Of a stretch of 64,000 nucleotides of DNA, positions 12,638 to 23,626 are shown in pieces. The position numbers and the translations under genes are program-made. The notes under the pieces were generated by a model. The model did no database searches. It had not been told where the DNA came from and was given only the letters and a program-made list of their open reading frames with translations. Positions within the stretch are counted from its first letter, which is position 1, and every line of letters begins with the position of its first letter. This stretch comes from Diplonema japonicum (lineage: Eukaryota > Protista > Euglenozoa: Diplonemea), in contig OZ025705.1 in NCBI GenBank assembly GCA_964019335.1, positions 450,407-514,406 on the forward strand. Reading direction: 5' to 3'.

Positions 12638-12713
12638 TAAGTGTAATCTGACATAGTTGATTGTGGGCTTTCAGGGAAGCTTGTGTTTAATACAAAACTA
12701 CTGTATGTCACAT

Positions 12714-15700
12714 CTATTGTCTGCTAGGGGTGGAGTACTGAGGGGATTTTAGGATCTCGTTCAGCACTAGCGGCGGCGAGGGCAGTCTCCTGGCAGCTTG
12801 CTCTTCAGCCTCCATTGTGGCATATTGGTGCTGACCATTTTTGTATGCTGCTGAGTCCTGCAGCACCCGAGTCCTTTGTGTTCTAGATTGCTCTACAGCT
12901 TCATTGAAGCTTTCCTGCGTCACAGCAAAGTCACGCTGCCTTCGCAGTTGGTAGCTTTCCGTCTCCCGTGCTTTCAGTTCACGTGCTTCGAACGCTTCTG
13001 CCTGTAAGGCTGCCGCAATGGCTTTCTTCCCAATGTTTTCTTGTGCTTTCCGGATTTTTTTATGTCGTTCAACTTCTTGTCTCTGCACCCGAAGCCTGTG
13101 GGCTTCGATAAGAGCGTGCTCCGTGACCTCATCTTCCATCTGCTGCTGCATGAGGAACTTCTCCATCCTGTAGCGTGATTACCTTTTTTCCTTTGTTTTC
13201 ATACTTCCTCTCTTCCACGGCCTTCACCTGCGCTTGTCGTCGCGCTTCATTCGCCTTCCATTGTGCCTCGCGCTGTGGTGTTGCTTTTTATTGCCGGTTG
13301 TCTAATCAATACCTCATCAGCGGCATTCCTCCGATTTGCGGACTGCGCGAAGTCGTCTTCCATAAGGACACGCTGCGTGTCCAGGGCCAGCATCACCATG
13401 TGCTGGCGGAAGATACGAGAGTCCACGTCGTACTCTGTCTGTGCCCTTGCACGCTCGGTCAGCTGTCGGAGGAGCTTTGTCCTGCATAGCCAACCCCGAA
13501 GTGTCCTTTGTATTTGAGTAGCAGCGTCGTCCAGAAGCCTCTGTGCTTCTTCTTCGCGTTCTATCTTCTCTTGCTCCTCACGTTCCTCCCTCTCAGATAC
13601 CATCTCCTCGATCACCGCAAACATGTTCTCAAAGTCCTCCATCAACTTGGTCCACTCTCTGTGCTCCTGCTCTACAATGTTGTTCCCCGCCGTGTCAGCG
13701 TCGCGCCCTATATTAGCAAGCCCGTCTGCAATGGCAGCCAGCGCTTCCCTCTCCTCGGCTTCCCGTGCTTCCCTCTCAGCCCTCTCAGATTCATATTTTG
13801 CTCGCACCTCGCGGCGAACCTCCTCCCGCATCTGGTCGACGGCAGCTTTGTTCGCGTCGTAGACGACTTGCTGTGATGATGCGTGAAATGATGTGAACGC
13901 CAGTATACCTTCAATCCTATGATGGCGAGATACGCTCTGCAGTGAGCAAGGAACACCACGTTGTGCAGCTCCAGTTTGATCTTCTTGAGCTTCTCGAGCT
14001 CAACGTACGAATCCGACTTCAGGAAGACACGTGCCTTGCCGATCTGTGAACAGTGACATGAAAAAAGGCTTGCATACCTGTGCCGTCTTCGGGTCCAAAC
14101 CTGAATTATTGATGATGGCTTGGCACCGATCCTTCGCCTCAGTGCCCGTGGTGCCTATGATGCTGTACGCTTCGACGAAATGCTCGAACTGGATGCGGAC
14201 AGGGAAACCTGCCTTTCGTATCTTTACAGTGCCAAGGACACCCGAAGAGGCCAGCTGCTGCATGGTCTTAACGCCATGGAAGCTAAGAGGCTTCTTGGCA
14301 GGGTGGGGCTTGACACACCTAATCCAATGAGGGTTCGTGCTGTTGATGAGATCCATCAAGTCAGCCACTTGGCTTTTGAAAAACCCACCGACAGTCATTT
14401 TTTTGGACTGTGCGGGGGGGAGGAGGGTGCAGATCAGAGCGTCAGAAGAAGCGCGCATCAAGTTCACAAAAGCAATCTTGAGAGTGTCCCTGTTCTTGTC
14501 AAGGAAGTTGGCGATTTCATAGGACACAGACCCTGCGTAGTGGTGGATGATGAAGGACGCTTTTGCGAGCGTTTTCTTCGTGAAGAACTCTTTGTAGGCA
14601 TCGCCAGAGCACGCGTCCACTGTCTTGGAGAGGAACGACTCGTCCGAGCCAGTGCCTAGAGCACACTCTTCATCGAGCATGGCGAATATGCCACCCTTGC
14701 CGGTGATCATGCGCAGGCAGGGGCCGTTGTCAGGGAATTCGACAGCAGTGACATCAATACCCTCAGTACGGCACTCATCCATGTCCTTCTCGAAGATGTA
14801 TTTGTTGTAGTGGTTCTGAAGGGACTCGTTCGCAAGGTTGATGCACAGCTGCTCGAAGGAGTTGATCTCGAAGTCCTCAAAGCCGAAGATGTCAAGGAGA
14901 CCAATCCACCTTCCGTCGCCTTCCACGTTGAGGGTATTGTTACATGTTTCGATGATCCACGAGAACTGGTGGTCGTAAAGGGTCTTCGTCAGTGCCGACC
15001 GCCCATCCCTCGCCTTCATGGGGTTAAGCAGTGTTTCCACAGGCCCGTCACGAGTGTCAAGCGTTGTGGTGATTAGCTCTTTTGTAAACACGGCTCCGTC
15101 TATGCTCCACGCCTTCACCGTCTTGTCTACCCACTGCTGGCTGTTCTTCCCGATCTGCGACCCCTCACCACTAGCTTCGAAGTCAGCGTTTTCCAAGTTA
15201 AGAACACCCGCTACCACCTTCCAGATAGACTCGATAGTCTCTACCGACACGCCTAGTGTTTGCAAGTTCGTGTTGATCTCGACAAATTCTTCCGCAGTGT
15301 CGAACTCTTTGTTCGCAGACTGTTTCCCCGCTGATGTGCTTCTGTAGTCCGTGTCGCTGAGGATGTCCCACTTGGCCTTGTCCGATGCGCGGCATAGACA
15401 GTAGAAGGAGTGGTACACACGCTCTCCTGGTGATGCTGTTACGATCCTGCTCTTCTCCAGCAAGTACTTCGTGATGTGCGCACCGACAAGAAACCCCGAA
15501 TCGTCAAACTGGACTTTCATCCACTTCCCGAAACGACTGGAGTTGTCGTTTCGCGCTGTCCTGGCGTTTCCGAAGGCCTCCAGCGGCGCCGACGTAATGT
15601 TGATGTTGCTGCCTACCGCGACCGCCGCTTGCTTCTGCGCGTCGGAACCGCTCTTGCATGACAATGCTGCTAAATATTTCATGACGATTTTACTGGCCTC

Positions 15701-16264
15701 GGTTTTACCGGCGCCACTTTCACCAGACACCAGGATGCACTGGTTCACAGGGTCATGCGTTGCGTTGCGCATCTCCCAAAAAGTATTGTGCGCGGTGGCC
15801 CAGGAGTGAGGGATATTTTCCTCGATCCTGTCTCCCTCGGCGAGGTACTTTCCCATGTTGTCGTCGGTGTACCAAGGGATCTTGAAGTTGAAGGGGTTCA
15901 GCGCAACAGTAATGGCACCGATGTTGGTGTAGATGTAGTCGGAGAAGTATCTCTTTCTCAGGACATTGAGGAGGGTCGAGTCGTGCAGCACTGTGAGGCT
16001 CAGCAGATCCAGCACGTTCTCATCGAGTACTTCTTGGTTGCAGCAAAAGACGTCCTCCGCGGAAAGCTTAGCTAGCTGTTCACCTGTCTCCCATGTGAAC
16101 AGTGGATTGGTGTTTTCGTGAGCCTTGCAAACAGCGGTCTTCCCATCCCACGATATTACCTTACCATAGCTCCATGCATGCTCTTCGTGGTTGAACAAGC
16201 ACAGCGAACCCACCTCAGGGTCGAGTACCGCTTCTTTTTTCTTCTCATTTTTCTTCGGTGGCAT
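12714..16264 (-). CDS. Myosin heavy chain (head, IQ motifs, coiled-coil tail), 5 exons
   Basis: GESGAGKTE, LEAFGNA.T.RNDNSSRFGK, LLDIFGFE, NSFEQLCIN, HYAG.V.Y. Introns 14044-14077, 13871-13908, 13273-13312 and 13168-13204 restore QIGKARVFLK and link ORFs 13247-13831 and 12714-13166. IQ motif IQRTLRGWLCR. Confidence 0.92.
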
Positions 16265-16402
16265 ATTATCACCCACCACCCCCCCCCCCCCCCCCCGACC
16301 TGCAGTGGTTCAGTTTTGCAACAACAAAATCGTAACTAAGAGGGTAATAGACATGGTGTCAAGGGTAACAATAAGCAATGTTGGTGGTGAGCACCGAAAG
16401 AA

Positions 16403-19204
16403 CTAATTGACCGTCACCCTGTTTTCCACGCTCATGCAAGGGGAGGATTGGTCACCCATTTGAATAGAAGTGGGGGACTGTCGTAAAAGATACTCCTCTT
16501 CTTCAGTGTCCACCTCCGAAAACCCGAGCAGTTTGTGTTCATGCAGCACCATTCCAAAAGTAACCAACACTATTCCAACCCAAAGAAGGCTGTAGGTGGT
16601 ACCGGGGTTGCCCCCCATCAGGGTGTCGTTGGATAGGATGACATTCAGAATGGGGAGAGAGATAAGTAATGCAATAAACTGGCACGACGGGCCACCACGC
16701 ATCACCACGACTGTATTGATGATAATGTAAGCAACATTACCAAGATTGAAACCCAGGACCCACACCCAAGCGTATTCACACTGGGTTGTGAGCCACCAAT
16801 CACCACTGCCACCAAGGTTCATAGACGAAGACGTGTTTCCTGTGGACAGACACACCATCCCATCGCCATAGTCCTCATTAATAAGGGAGTTAACATCCGT
16901 TGTGGCCACCAAACCGAACAGCATCGACACCAAAGGGGCTAGCAACACCGACCCGAGATTCATGAGCAGAACCAGGTACAACACATCCAGCATTGTGACC
17001 GGCCTCGTTGCTTCTCCAAAGAGTCTTTGTGTTACAATGTCGAAGCATGCCTGCACAAGACATGTGATGCTGTACGTTACGATCCAAATAGAAAACGTGC
17101 TCATGGACAACCCCTTTTCAGATGGTTCGCGCCCAACGAACACCACCACACCACTCACTACCAGCGAGCAGCCAATGATCTGCAAAATTCCGTAGCGCGA
17201 CTTGTTGAACAAGTACCCACCGATAGCAGTGAAGGGCACCGTGAATTGGTTCAGCAGCGTGGCAACGTTCACGTTTGAGGGGCCCAGGGCATCGATGGCG
17301 GCGACCTGTATCACATTCGTGATGGCGAACAGTACCCCGAGCACCATGAGGGGCTTCATCGGGAGGGTTAAAAGAGCGGATCGCCGCATTTCAGGATTGC
17401 TGCTAGAGTATCCCCGCAGTACCAGGTATAAGACACCACTGATTGCGAAGGACAGCACTGCGTTCACGAGGGAGGTGAGGTACGGGAAAGGGTGCATCAC
17501 AAAAACCTCTCTGTAGAACAAGAACTGTGTCCCGGTGAAAGTGAAGGCATTGAGAAGCGTGTAAGCTGCAGCGCATAGGACGTCGCGAGCTGTTCTTGGC
17601 CGAGGTTCCTCATCATCCGACTCAGGCTCCAGATCAAGACCAAACATACACTCGTTGTTCTTACAGCTGGCGTTCAGAGAAGGCTCCTCAGCACAAGTAT
17701 CCACGTACCACTGCTTGCGCTTCTGTTCCTCCTGTGCGCGTGTCAGCTCGCCTTGCAGCCTGCCCAAGTGTCTTTGTGTGCGCTGTAGTTGTAAGGCTGC
17801 CTGCTCAACCTGAACCTTCAGCGTGGGAACTGCCAGGATAGCCTGTTCGCGCGCAGTAGCTTGTTGCTCCGTTCGCACTTTCAGCACTTTCGTGATGAAT
17901 GCCGACACCGAGGCAGAGTCCGTCAAGTCGTCTGTGCGCAGCCTTACCTGTGTCTTAACTGCTTGCAGGGCAATACTCTCCAAGGCCGAGTTGCCATTGA
18001 CCATAACCAAAGCAGCAACTAGTTTTTGGTTCTCCAGCCATGCAGCAAATATGTGGGAATCAGTGTATTTGTACTCCACCGTGCAGTCGGGGGACACGAG
18101 GCCGCAGAAACGCCAATTCAAATCGTACAGAGTGTTTCTTAAATCAGGAAAATAAATATACGGCACTGGAGCAGTTGCACAACGCATGGTCCTTGCTAGG
18201 TGTTTGGCCATCATCTTCGCAAACTCCGCGTCTCGGCAATTCATAGTTTGCGAAGTATCCGTATAATTCGGCCTCACGTGCAGCACTGCCACCTCACCAA
18301 TGGCATACACACCCTCAACAGAAGTGCACATGTTCTCATCCACCTGTATGCCCGGTGGTTCGTTGATGTACTCCAGTTGGTCACCGAAAAGGTCGATGTT
18401 CGGCATGGCGCAGTTCCCGTAGATCAGCACATCGCATTCGACCCCTTTTTTGTTGGACAGCTGTACACCTATGATGGTGGAGTCCTTCGATACAACCTGT
18501 GTGATGGTTGTTTCTTTGTATATTGTTGTTCCCATCTCTTCCAGTTTGTCTTCGTACACTTTCGAGATCTCCTTTGTGAACAGTGCGGGGAAGAGCTGCG
18601 ATTCCTCAAGCACACAGGTCACTGACATGTCCCAGGAAGTCGTAAGCGCTTCCATAATGTCCATGTGTAGACACTCGCCTCCCAGAACTACGGCCTTGCC
18701 ACCACGACACTTCTCGAGTGTGTTTCGTAAGGACAGTCCGTCGGTGTAGTTCAGTAGCTTGTGGCATCCTTTGGTATGATTTCCGGGAATTGAAATACTA
18801 GGGGCCGTCTTTGAGCCTGTTGCAATCACAAGCCCCTTCCGCCACGAGACACCAACCACCAGTCCATTCTTATCTTGGTAATGAATGGTTTTGTTCTTGA
18901 TGTCCACCTTCGTGCAAGGACTGTTCAGCAGCACAGTGATCCCATGTGCGTTGTACCAGTCCTCTGTCTTGGACGCGGTGTGGTGCTCTGCAAGCTTCTC
19001 GGCTGTGAGGAGGAAGCCTTTGCTGAGGAACGATCTTTCGTAAGGGTAGACACCCTCAGCAGACACAAGACAAATATCAGTACCAGAGCCTCCCTTCTCG
19101 ATGTACTCTGCAATGAAGTGCCCGCCGGCAAAACCCCCTCCGAGGACTACGATCTCGTACTCAGCATTTCCTTTCGCGGAGTTGCTGAGCTCAAGTGTTG
19201 TCAT
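16403..19204 (-). CDS. Fusion: FAD/NAD(P) oxidoreductase (monodehydroascorbate/ferredoxin-reductase-like), coiled coil, ~10-TM CRT-like (DMT superfamily) transporter; paralog 1
   Basis: IVVLGGGFAG, PYER..LSKG, LVIATGS, GIQVDE...TSV.GVYAIG.VA; the C-terminal half has about 10 hydrophobic helices with LLNQFTVPFT and G..C..GN...C..AW. Start placed at 19204 by comparison with the paralog. Confidence 0.8.
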   Translation of the reverse strand: MTTLELSNSAKGNAEYEIVVLGGGFAGGHFIAEYIEKGGSGTDICLVSAEGVYPYERSFLSKGFLLTAEKLAEHHTASKTEDWYNAHGITVLLNSPCTKVDIKNKTIHYQDKNGLVVGVSWRKGLVIATGSKTAPSISIPGNHTKGCHKLLNYTDGLSLRNTLEKCRGGKAVVLGGECLHMDIMEALTTSWDMSVTCVLEESQLFPALFTKEISKVYEDKLEEMGTTIYKETTITQVVSKDSTIIGVQLSNKKGVECDVLIYGNCAMPNIDLFGDQLEYINEPPGIQVDENMCTSVEGVYAIGEVAVLHVRPNYTDTSQTMNCRDAEFAKMMAKHLARTMRCATAPVPYIYFPDLRNTLYDLNWRFCGLVSPDCTVEYKYTDSHIFAAWLENQKLVAALVMVNGNSALESIALQAVKTQVRLRTDDLTDSASVSAFITKVLKVRTEQQATAREQAILAVPTLKVQVEQAALQLQRTQRHLGRLQGELTRAQEEQKRKQWYVDTCAEEPSLNASCKNNECMFGLDLEPESDDEEPRPRTARDVLCAAAYTLLNAFTFTGTQFLFYREVFVMHPFPYLTSLVNAVLSFAISGVLYLVLRGYSSSNPEMRRSALLTLPMKPLMVLGVLFAITNVIQVAAIDALGPSNVNVATLLNQFTVPFTAIGGYLFNKSRYGILQIIGCSLVVSGVVVFVGREPSEKGLSMSTFSIWIVTYSITCLVQACFDIVTQRLFGEATRPVTMLDVLYLVLLMNLGSVLLAPLVSMLFGLVATTDVNSLINEDYGDGMVCLSTGNTSSSMNLGGSGDWWLTTQCEYAWVWVLGFNLGNVAYIIINTVVVMRGGPSCQFIALLISLPILNVILSNDTLMGGNPGTTYSLLWVGIVLVTFGMVLHEHKLLGFSEVDTEEEEYLLRQSPTSIQMGDQSSPCMSVENRVTVN

Positions 19205-19859
19205 GTACCTGTTGTAAGGTGGGATGTGAGAACAATGAAGGACAATAAAAAGCGAACAGTTAATGCAATGCAGAACCAAGGGGATGACCCCACAGGGGCA
19301 GTAATTAGTCATTCAGATGCGATACCAAGTTCGTATCTTAGGTACTGGTCAACCCTCTCTTTTATTCCTCCACGGGGCCACAGGTGTAACAAGCTAAAGT
19401 AAACCCATCGAATACTAAGTCGAGGGGCAAAGTAAATTAAAAAAATATCGAAAAGGGTGTTCAAAAAAGGGGAGGGGGGCGCTTAAAGAAAATATAAAAA
19501 AGAGTATCGGGTTATCTGACAAAATTATCAGGCATATTGGGTTCTGGCCCTGCTCCCTTGACGCGGTCTTCAAGTATCGTCCATGTTCTTGGAGCCCATA
19601 TTGGCAGCCTTCTCAACTTGCAGCATAGCGGCTTACTTGTTGTTGACAATAGGTGAATGACTAAGGTTAATTAGCCTTAAAAAAGGGAATAAATACCATA
19701 TTTTGCAGAGATCCGGCAGAAGAACAACAGCTTGCTTATCAGCTGCTTGACAACGGCAATAATAATTTTAAAAAAAATGGACTAAAAGGACTTGTTGGCG
19801 TTGTTTTTAAAGACTTGTACGTTTTTTTTTTTCCCTTTCTCCCTTTCCCAAACTATTAA

Positions 19860-22628
19860 CTATAAGTTAAGTTGCACGTGTAAACCAGATGAAGGAGAGT
19901 GTAAGTTGGGAGAGGACACAGAGCTGCGAGGAGAGCGCGCGTGGCACAAGAGGGACGCGCGCTCCTCATCAGTCGCCTTCTTCATGAAGTTGCCATGCTC
20001 ATGAATCAACAGGCCCACGCAAAACATCGCAACGCTTGCCCAGAGGAGACCGGATAATGATCCAGCATGGCCGCCCATCAGGGTGTCGCTACCAAGCAGT
20101 GCATTGAGTACTGGCAGTGCTATTAGCTGTGTAAAGAATTGAGCCGTGGTGCCGCCCTTCATGAGGATCAATGTACTGATCAAGCAGTATAGGACACTGC
20201 TAAGATTGAAACCCAGGACCCACACCCAAGCGTATTCACACTGGGTTGTGAGCCACCAATCACCACTGCCACCAAAGTTTCTGGATGAAGACGTGTTTCC
20301 TGTGAACAGACACACCATCCCATCGCCATAGTCCTCGTTCATAAGGGTGCTAACATCCGTTGTGGCCACTGACCCGAACAGTATCGACACCAAAGGGGCT
20401 AGCAACACCGATCCGAGATTCATGAAAAAAACCAGGTACAACACATCCAGCATTGTGACCGGCCTCGTTGCTTCTCCAAAGAACTTCTGTGTCACAATGT
20501 CGAAGCATGTCTGCACAAGACATGTGATGCTGTACATTACGATCCATGCCACGTACTTGCCGGTGGAAATGTCGGTGGGCCCATCGGCAGAGAAGACAGC
20601 AAGACCACCTACCATTAGCAAAGAGCCCATGAGCTGCACTACCTTATAAGGCGACTTGTAGAGCAGATACCCGCCGATAGCAGTGAAGGGCACCGTGAAT
20701 TGGTTCAGCAGCGTGGCAACGTTCACGTTTGAGGGGCCCAGGGCATCGATGGCGGCGACCTGTATCACATTCGTGATGGCGAACAGTATCCCGAGCACCA
20801 TGAGGGGCTTCATCGGGAGGGTTAAAAGAGCGGAAAGCTGCATCTCGGAATGGTCGGAGTATCTCTGCAATGCCAACAGCAAGACACCACTGATTGCGAA
20901 GGACAGCACTGCGTTCACGAGGGAGGTGAGGTACGGGAAAGGGTGCATCACAAAAACCTCTCTGTAGAACAAGAACTGTGTCCCGGTGAAAGTGAAGGCA
21001 TTGAGAAGCGTGTAAGCTGCAGCGCGCGCGCTAAAAGGCACTTTGTTCTGGATCTCGGGGAAAACACTATTGACTACGTTCTCCCCTCCCGTGTAACCGA
21101 CCGAGAAGGAAAGGTCTTCCTTTTGCAGGATATGGTTAGTGAACCAGGTAAATGTTTGTTGGGCTTCAAGGACGTTAGTTAACTCTCTTTTGAGCTTCTG
21201 CACCTGTTCCAGTGCCCGTTCCACTTGATAGGATGCCTGCTCGATCTCCATGTTCAGCACAGGTACTGTTAGGACGGCTTCCTCACGCGCTATCGTGCTC
21301 TCTCTTATTTTGTCCCGTAGAATCTTTTTGACAAACACCTTCACAGGGGAATTGTATGCCATTTCTCCCGGTTGCAGATTCACCTGCATCTTGACAGCCT
21401 GTCGGGTAACGAGCTCCATTTCAGTATCTCCCCTGCCTTCTACAAAAGCAGCAACTAGCTTGTCATCCTTAATCCACACGACGAAGAAGTGCGGTTCGGT
21501 TAGCAAATACTCTATCGTGCAGTCGGGGGATGTGAGACCGAAGAAGCGCCACTTCATATCATACAGAGAACTGTGGAAGTCAGGAAAGTACATGTACGGG
21601 CTCCTTGACACGACGCCAGTCAAGACAGCAGCTAAGTGCGTGGCCATCATCTTGCTGAGGAATTGGTCAGCACATTTAATTGTTTGCGAGATGCCTGCTT
21701 CCTTATTGTTAATGTGCAGCACTGCCACCTCACCAATGGCATACACACCCTCAACAGAGGTGCACATGTTCTCATCCACCTGTATGCCCGGTGGTTCGTT
21801 GATGTACTCCAGTTGGTCACCGAAAAGGTCGATGTTCGGCATGGCGCAGTTCCCGTAGATCAGCACATCGCATTCGACCCTTTTTTTGTTGGACAGCTGC
21901 ACACCTGACACTTCTGAGTCCTTTGTAGTCACCTGTGTGACGGCTGTTTCTCTGTGAAGATCTACACCCATCTCCTCCAGTTTGTCTTCGTACACTTTCG
22001 AGATCTCCTTTGTGAACAGTGCGGGGAAAAGCCGTGGTTCCTCAAGCACACAGGTCACTGACATGTCCCAGGAAGTCGTAAGCGCAACAATGATGTCCAT
22101 GTGTAGACACTCGCCTCCCAGAACTACGGCCTTGCCACCACGACACTTCTCGAGTGTGTTTCGTAAGGACAGTCCGTCGGTGTAGTTCAGTAGCTTGTGG
22201 CATCCTGGGGCGAGGATGCCAGGAATTGAATCAGGGGCCGCCTTTGAGCCTGTTGCAATCACAAACCCGTTCCGCCACGAGACGGTGGAAGGCAAGCCAT
22301 CCTTGTCGCAATAGAAAAGAGTTTTGTTCTTGATGTCCACCTTCGTGCAAGGACTGTTCAGCAGCACAGTGATCCCATGTGCGTTGTACCAGTCCTTTGT
22401 CTTGGACGCGGTGTGGTGCTCTGCAAGCTTCTCGGCTGTGCGGAGGAAGCCTTTGGTGAGGAATGGCCTATCGTAAGGGTAGACACCCTCAGCAGACACA
22501 AGACAAATATCAGTACCAGAGCCTCCCTTCTCGATGTACTCTGCAATGAAGTGCCCACCGGCAAAGCCCCCTCCGAGGACTACGATCTCGTACTCCGGAC
22601 CCTCCCCTGCGGCATTCATGGTAGTCAT
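19860..22628 (-). CDS. Fusion: FAD/NAD(P) oxidoreductase plus CRT-like/DMT transporter; tandem paralog 2
   Basis: Same architecture as 16403-19204, with long near-identical nucleotide blocks. Confidence 0.8.
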   Translation of the reverse strand: MTTMNAAGEGPEYEIVVLGGGFAGGHFIAEYIEKGGSGTDICLVSAEGVYPYDRPFLTKGFLRTAEKLAEHHTASKTKDWYNAHGITVLLNSPCTKVDIKNKTLFYCDKDGLPSTVSWRNGFVIATGSKAAPDSIPGILAPGCHKLLNYTDGLSLRNTLEKCRGGKAVVLGGECLHMDIIVALTTSWDMSVTCVLEEPRLFPALFTKEISKVYEDKLEEMGVDLHRETAVTQVTTKDSEVSGVQLSNKKRVECDVLIYGNCAMPNIDLFGDQLEYINEPPGIQVDENMCTSVEGVYAIGEVAVLHINNKEAGISQTIKCADQFLSKMMATHLAAVLTGVVSRSPYMYFPDFHSSLYDMKWRFFGLTSPDCTIEYLLTEPHFFVVWIKDDKLVAAFVEGRGDTEMELVTRQAVKMQVNLQPGEMAYNSPVKVFVKKILRDKIRESTIAREEAVLTVPVLNMEIEQASYQVERALEQVQKLKRELTNVLEAQQTFTWFTNHILQKEDLSFSVGYTGGENVVNSVFPEIQNKVPFSARAAAYTLLNAFTFTGTQFLFYREVFVMHPFPYLTSLVNAVLSFAISGVLLLALQRYSDHSEMQLSALLTLPMKPLMVLGILFAITNVIQVAAIDALGPSNVNVATLLNQFTVPFTAIGGYLLYKSPYKVVQLMGSLLMVGGLAVFSADGPTDISTGKYVAWIVMYSITCLVQTCFDIVTQKFFGEATRPVTMLDVLYLVFFMNLGSVLLAPLVSILFGSVATTDVSTLMNEDYGDGMVCLFTGNTSSSRNFGGSGDWWLTTQCEYAWVWVLGFNLSSVLYCLISTLILMKGGTTAQFFTQLIALPVLNALLGSDTLMGGHAGSLSGLLWASVAMFCVGLLIHEHGNFMKKATDEERASLLCHARSPRSSVSSPNLHSPSSGLHVQLNL

Positions 22629-23626
22629 AAGCCTGTGCTAAGTGAGTACATTCAGGACTAAAAAGATATATTCATTATATGGCGTGTGGACAATGCCGAC
22701 AACTTACAATATTAATTTAATAATAAAAACTGCTTGTTAAGGTGGTCCTAATAGTTACTTCACACAATGTGGTCCAACAATCCCGCATTCGGGAGGGCTA
22801 TCGGATGTTAGCGTTACCAAAGGGGAGGGGGGGAGGGGGTGTTAAATAAATATAATGAGTCATACTACACTATATATAACTCAGGATTCTGGGGCTCCCT
22901 TTTTTTTTTCCTGCCCTCGGGTCGGGCAATAAGCAAAAAAAGGAAACGAGTGACAACGTTGCAATATAAAAACTGAAAATACTAAGAAAAAGAGCCAGAT
23001 TCGTGCCACGGTAGGCACCAAGGAGAGTTTGACCGAGACACCACCGCCTCTTGTCCGCCGTCATTCAACAACGCTGACATAGTGAAACTTCATTATGAAG
23101 TGCTTCGTGTCGTTGAATGAAAAAGTGCTGTAAAAAAAAGGGGGCTTCTTCACCTGCCCTGTCCGTCCTGGTGGGGACGTCCAGTTACCGGTTCAGGCCT
23201 TCGAAGTTGCGTGAAAGAAAAAGAAAAAACTAAAAAAGGAAAAAAAAAAAGAAAGAAATCTAAATATCACCTGCTAGGTGTTAGCAATGACTCATCAAGG
23301 GGGGAGGGAACATGTCACATTGATCACGAGGGCAGAATGTGATTAAGAATAGCTATATTCATCATTGGTGTGAGAACTAGTCTTTATATTTCCCTATAAA
23401 CTGAAACAGAAGGGGCGGGTGTGTAAAGAAGGAAGAAAAAGAGAGAGAAAGAGACTATTTGTGTGGCAAGGCGCCCTGCTCAGCATCGTCTACTTGGACG
23501 ACGTGGAGGTCAGCACATCTGATGTACTTCTTTATATTTCCATATTTCTGTGTTATCCCCACCACCCAAAGAAAAAGAAGAAGAAAAAGGGGAATACTTG
23601 AAGCAGAAACAAAGCCACAAGGTATT

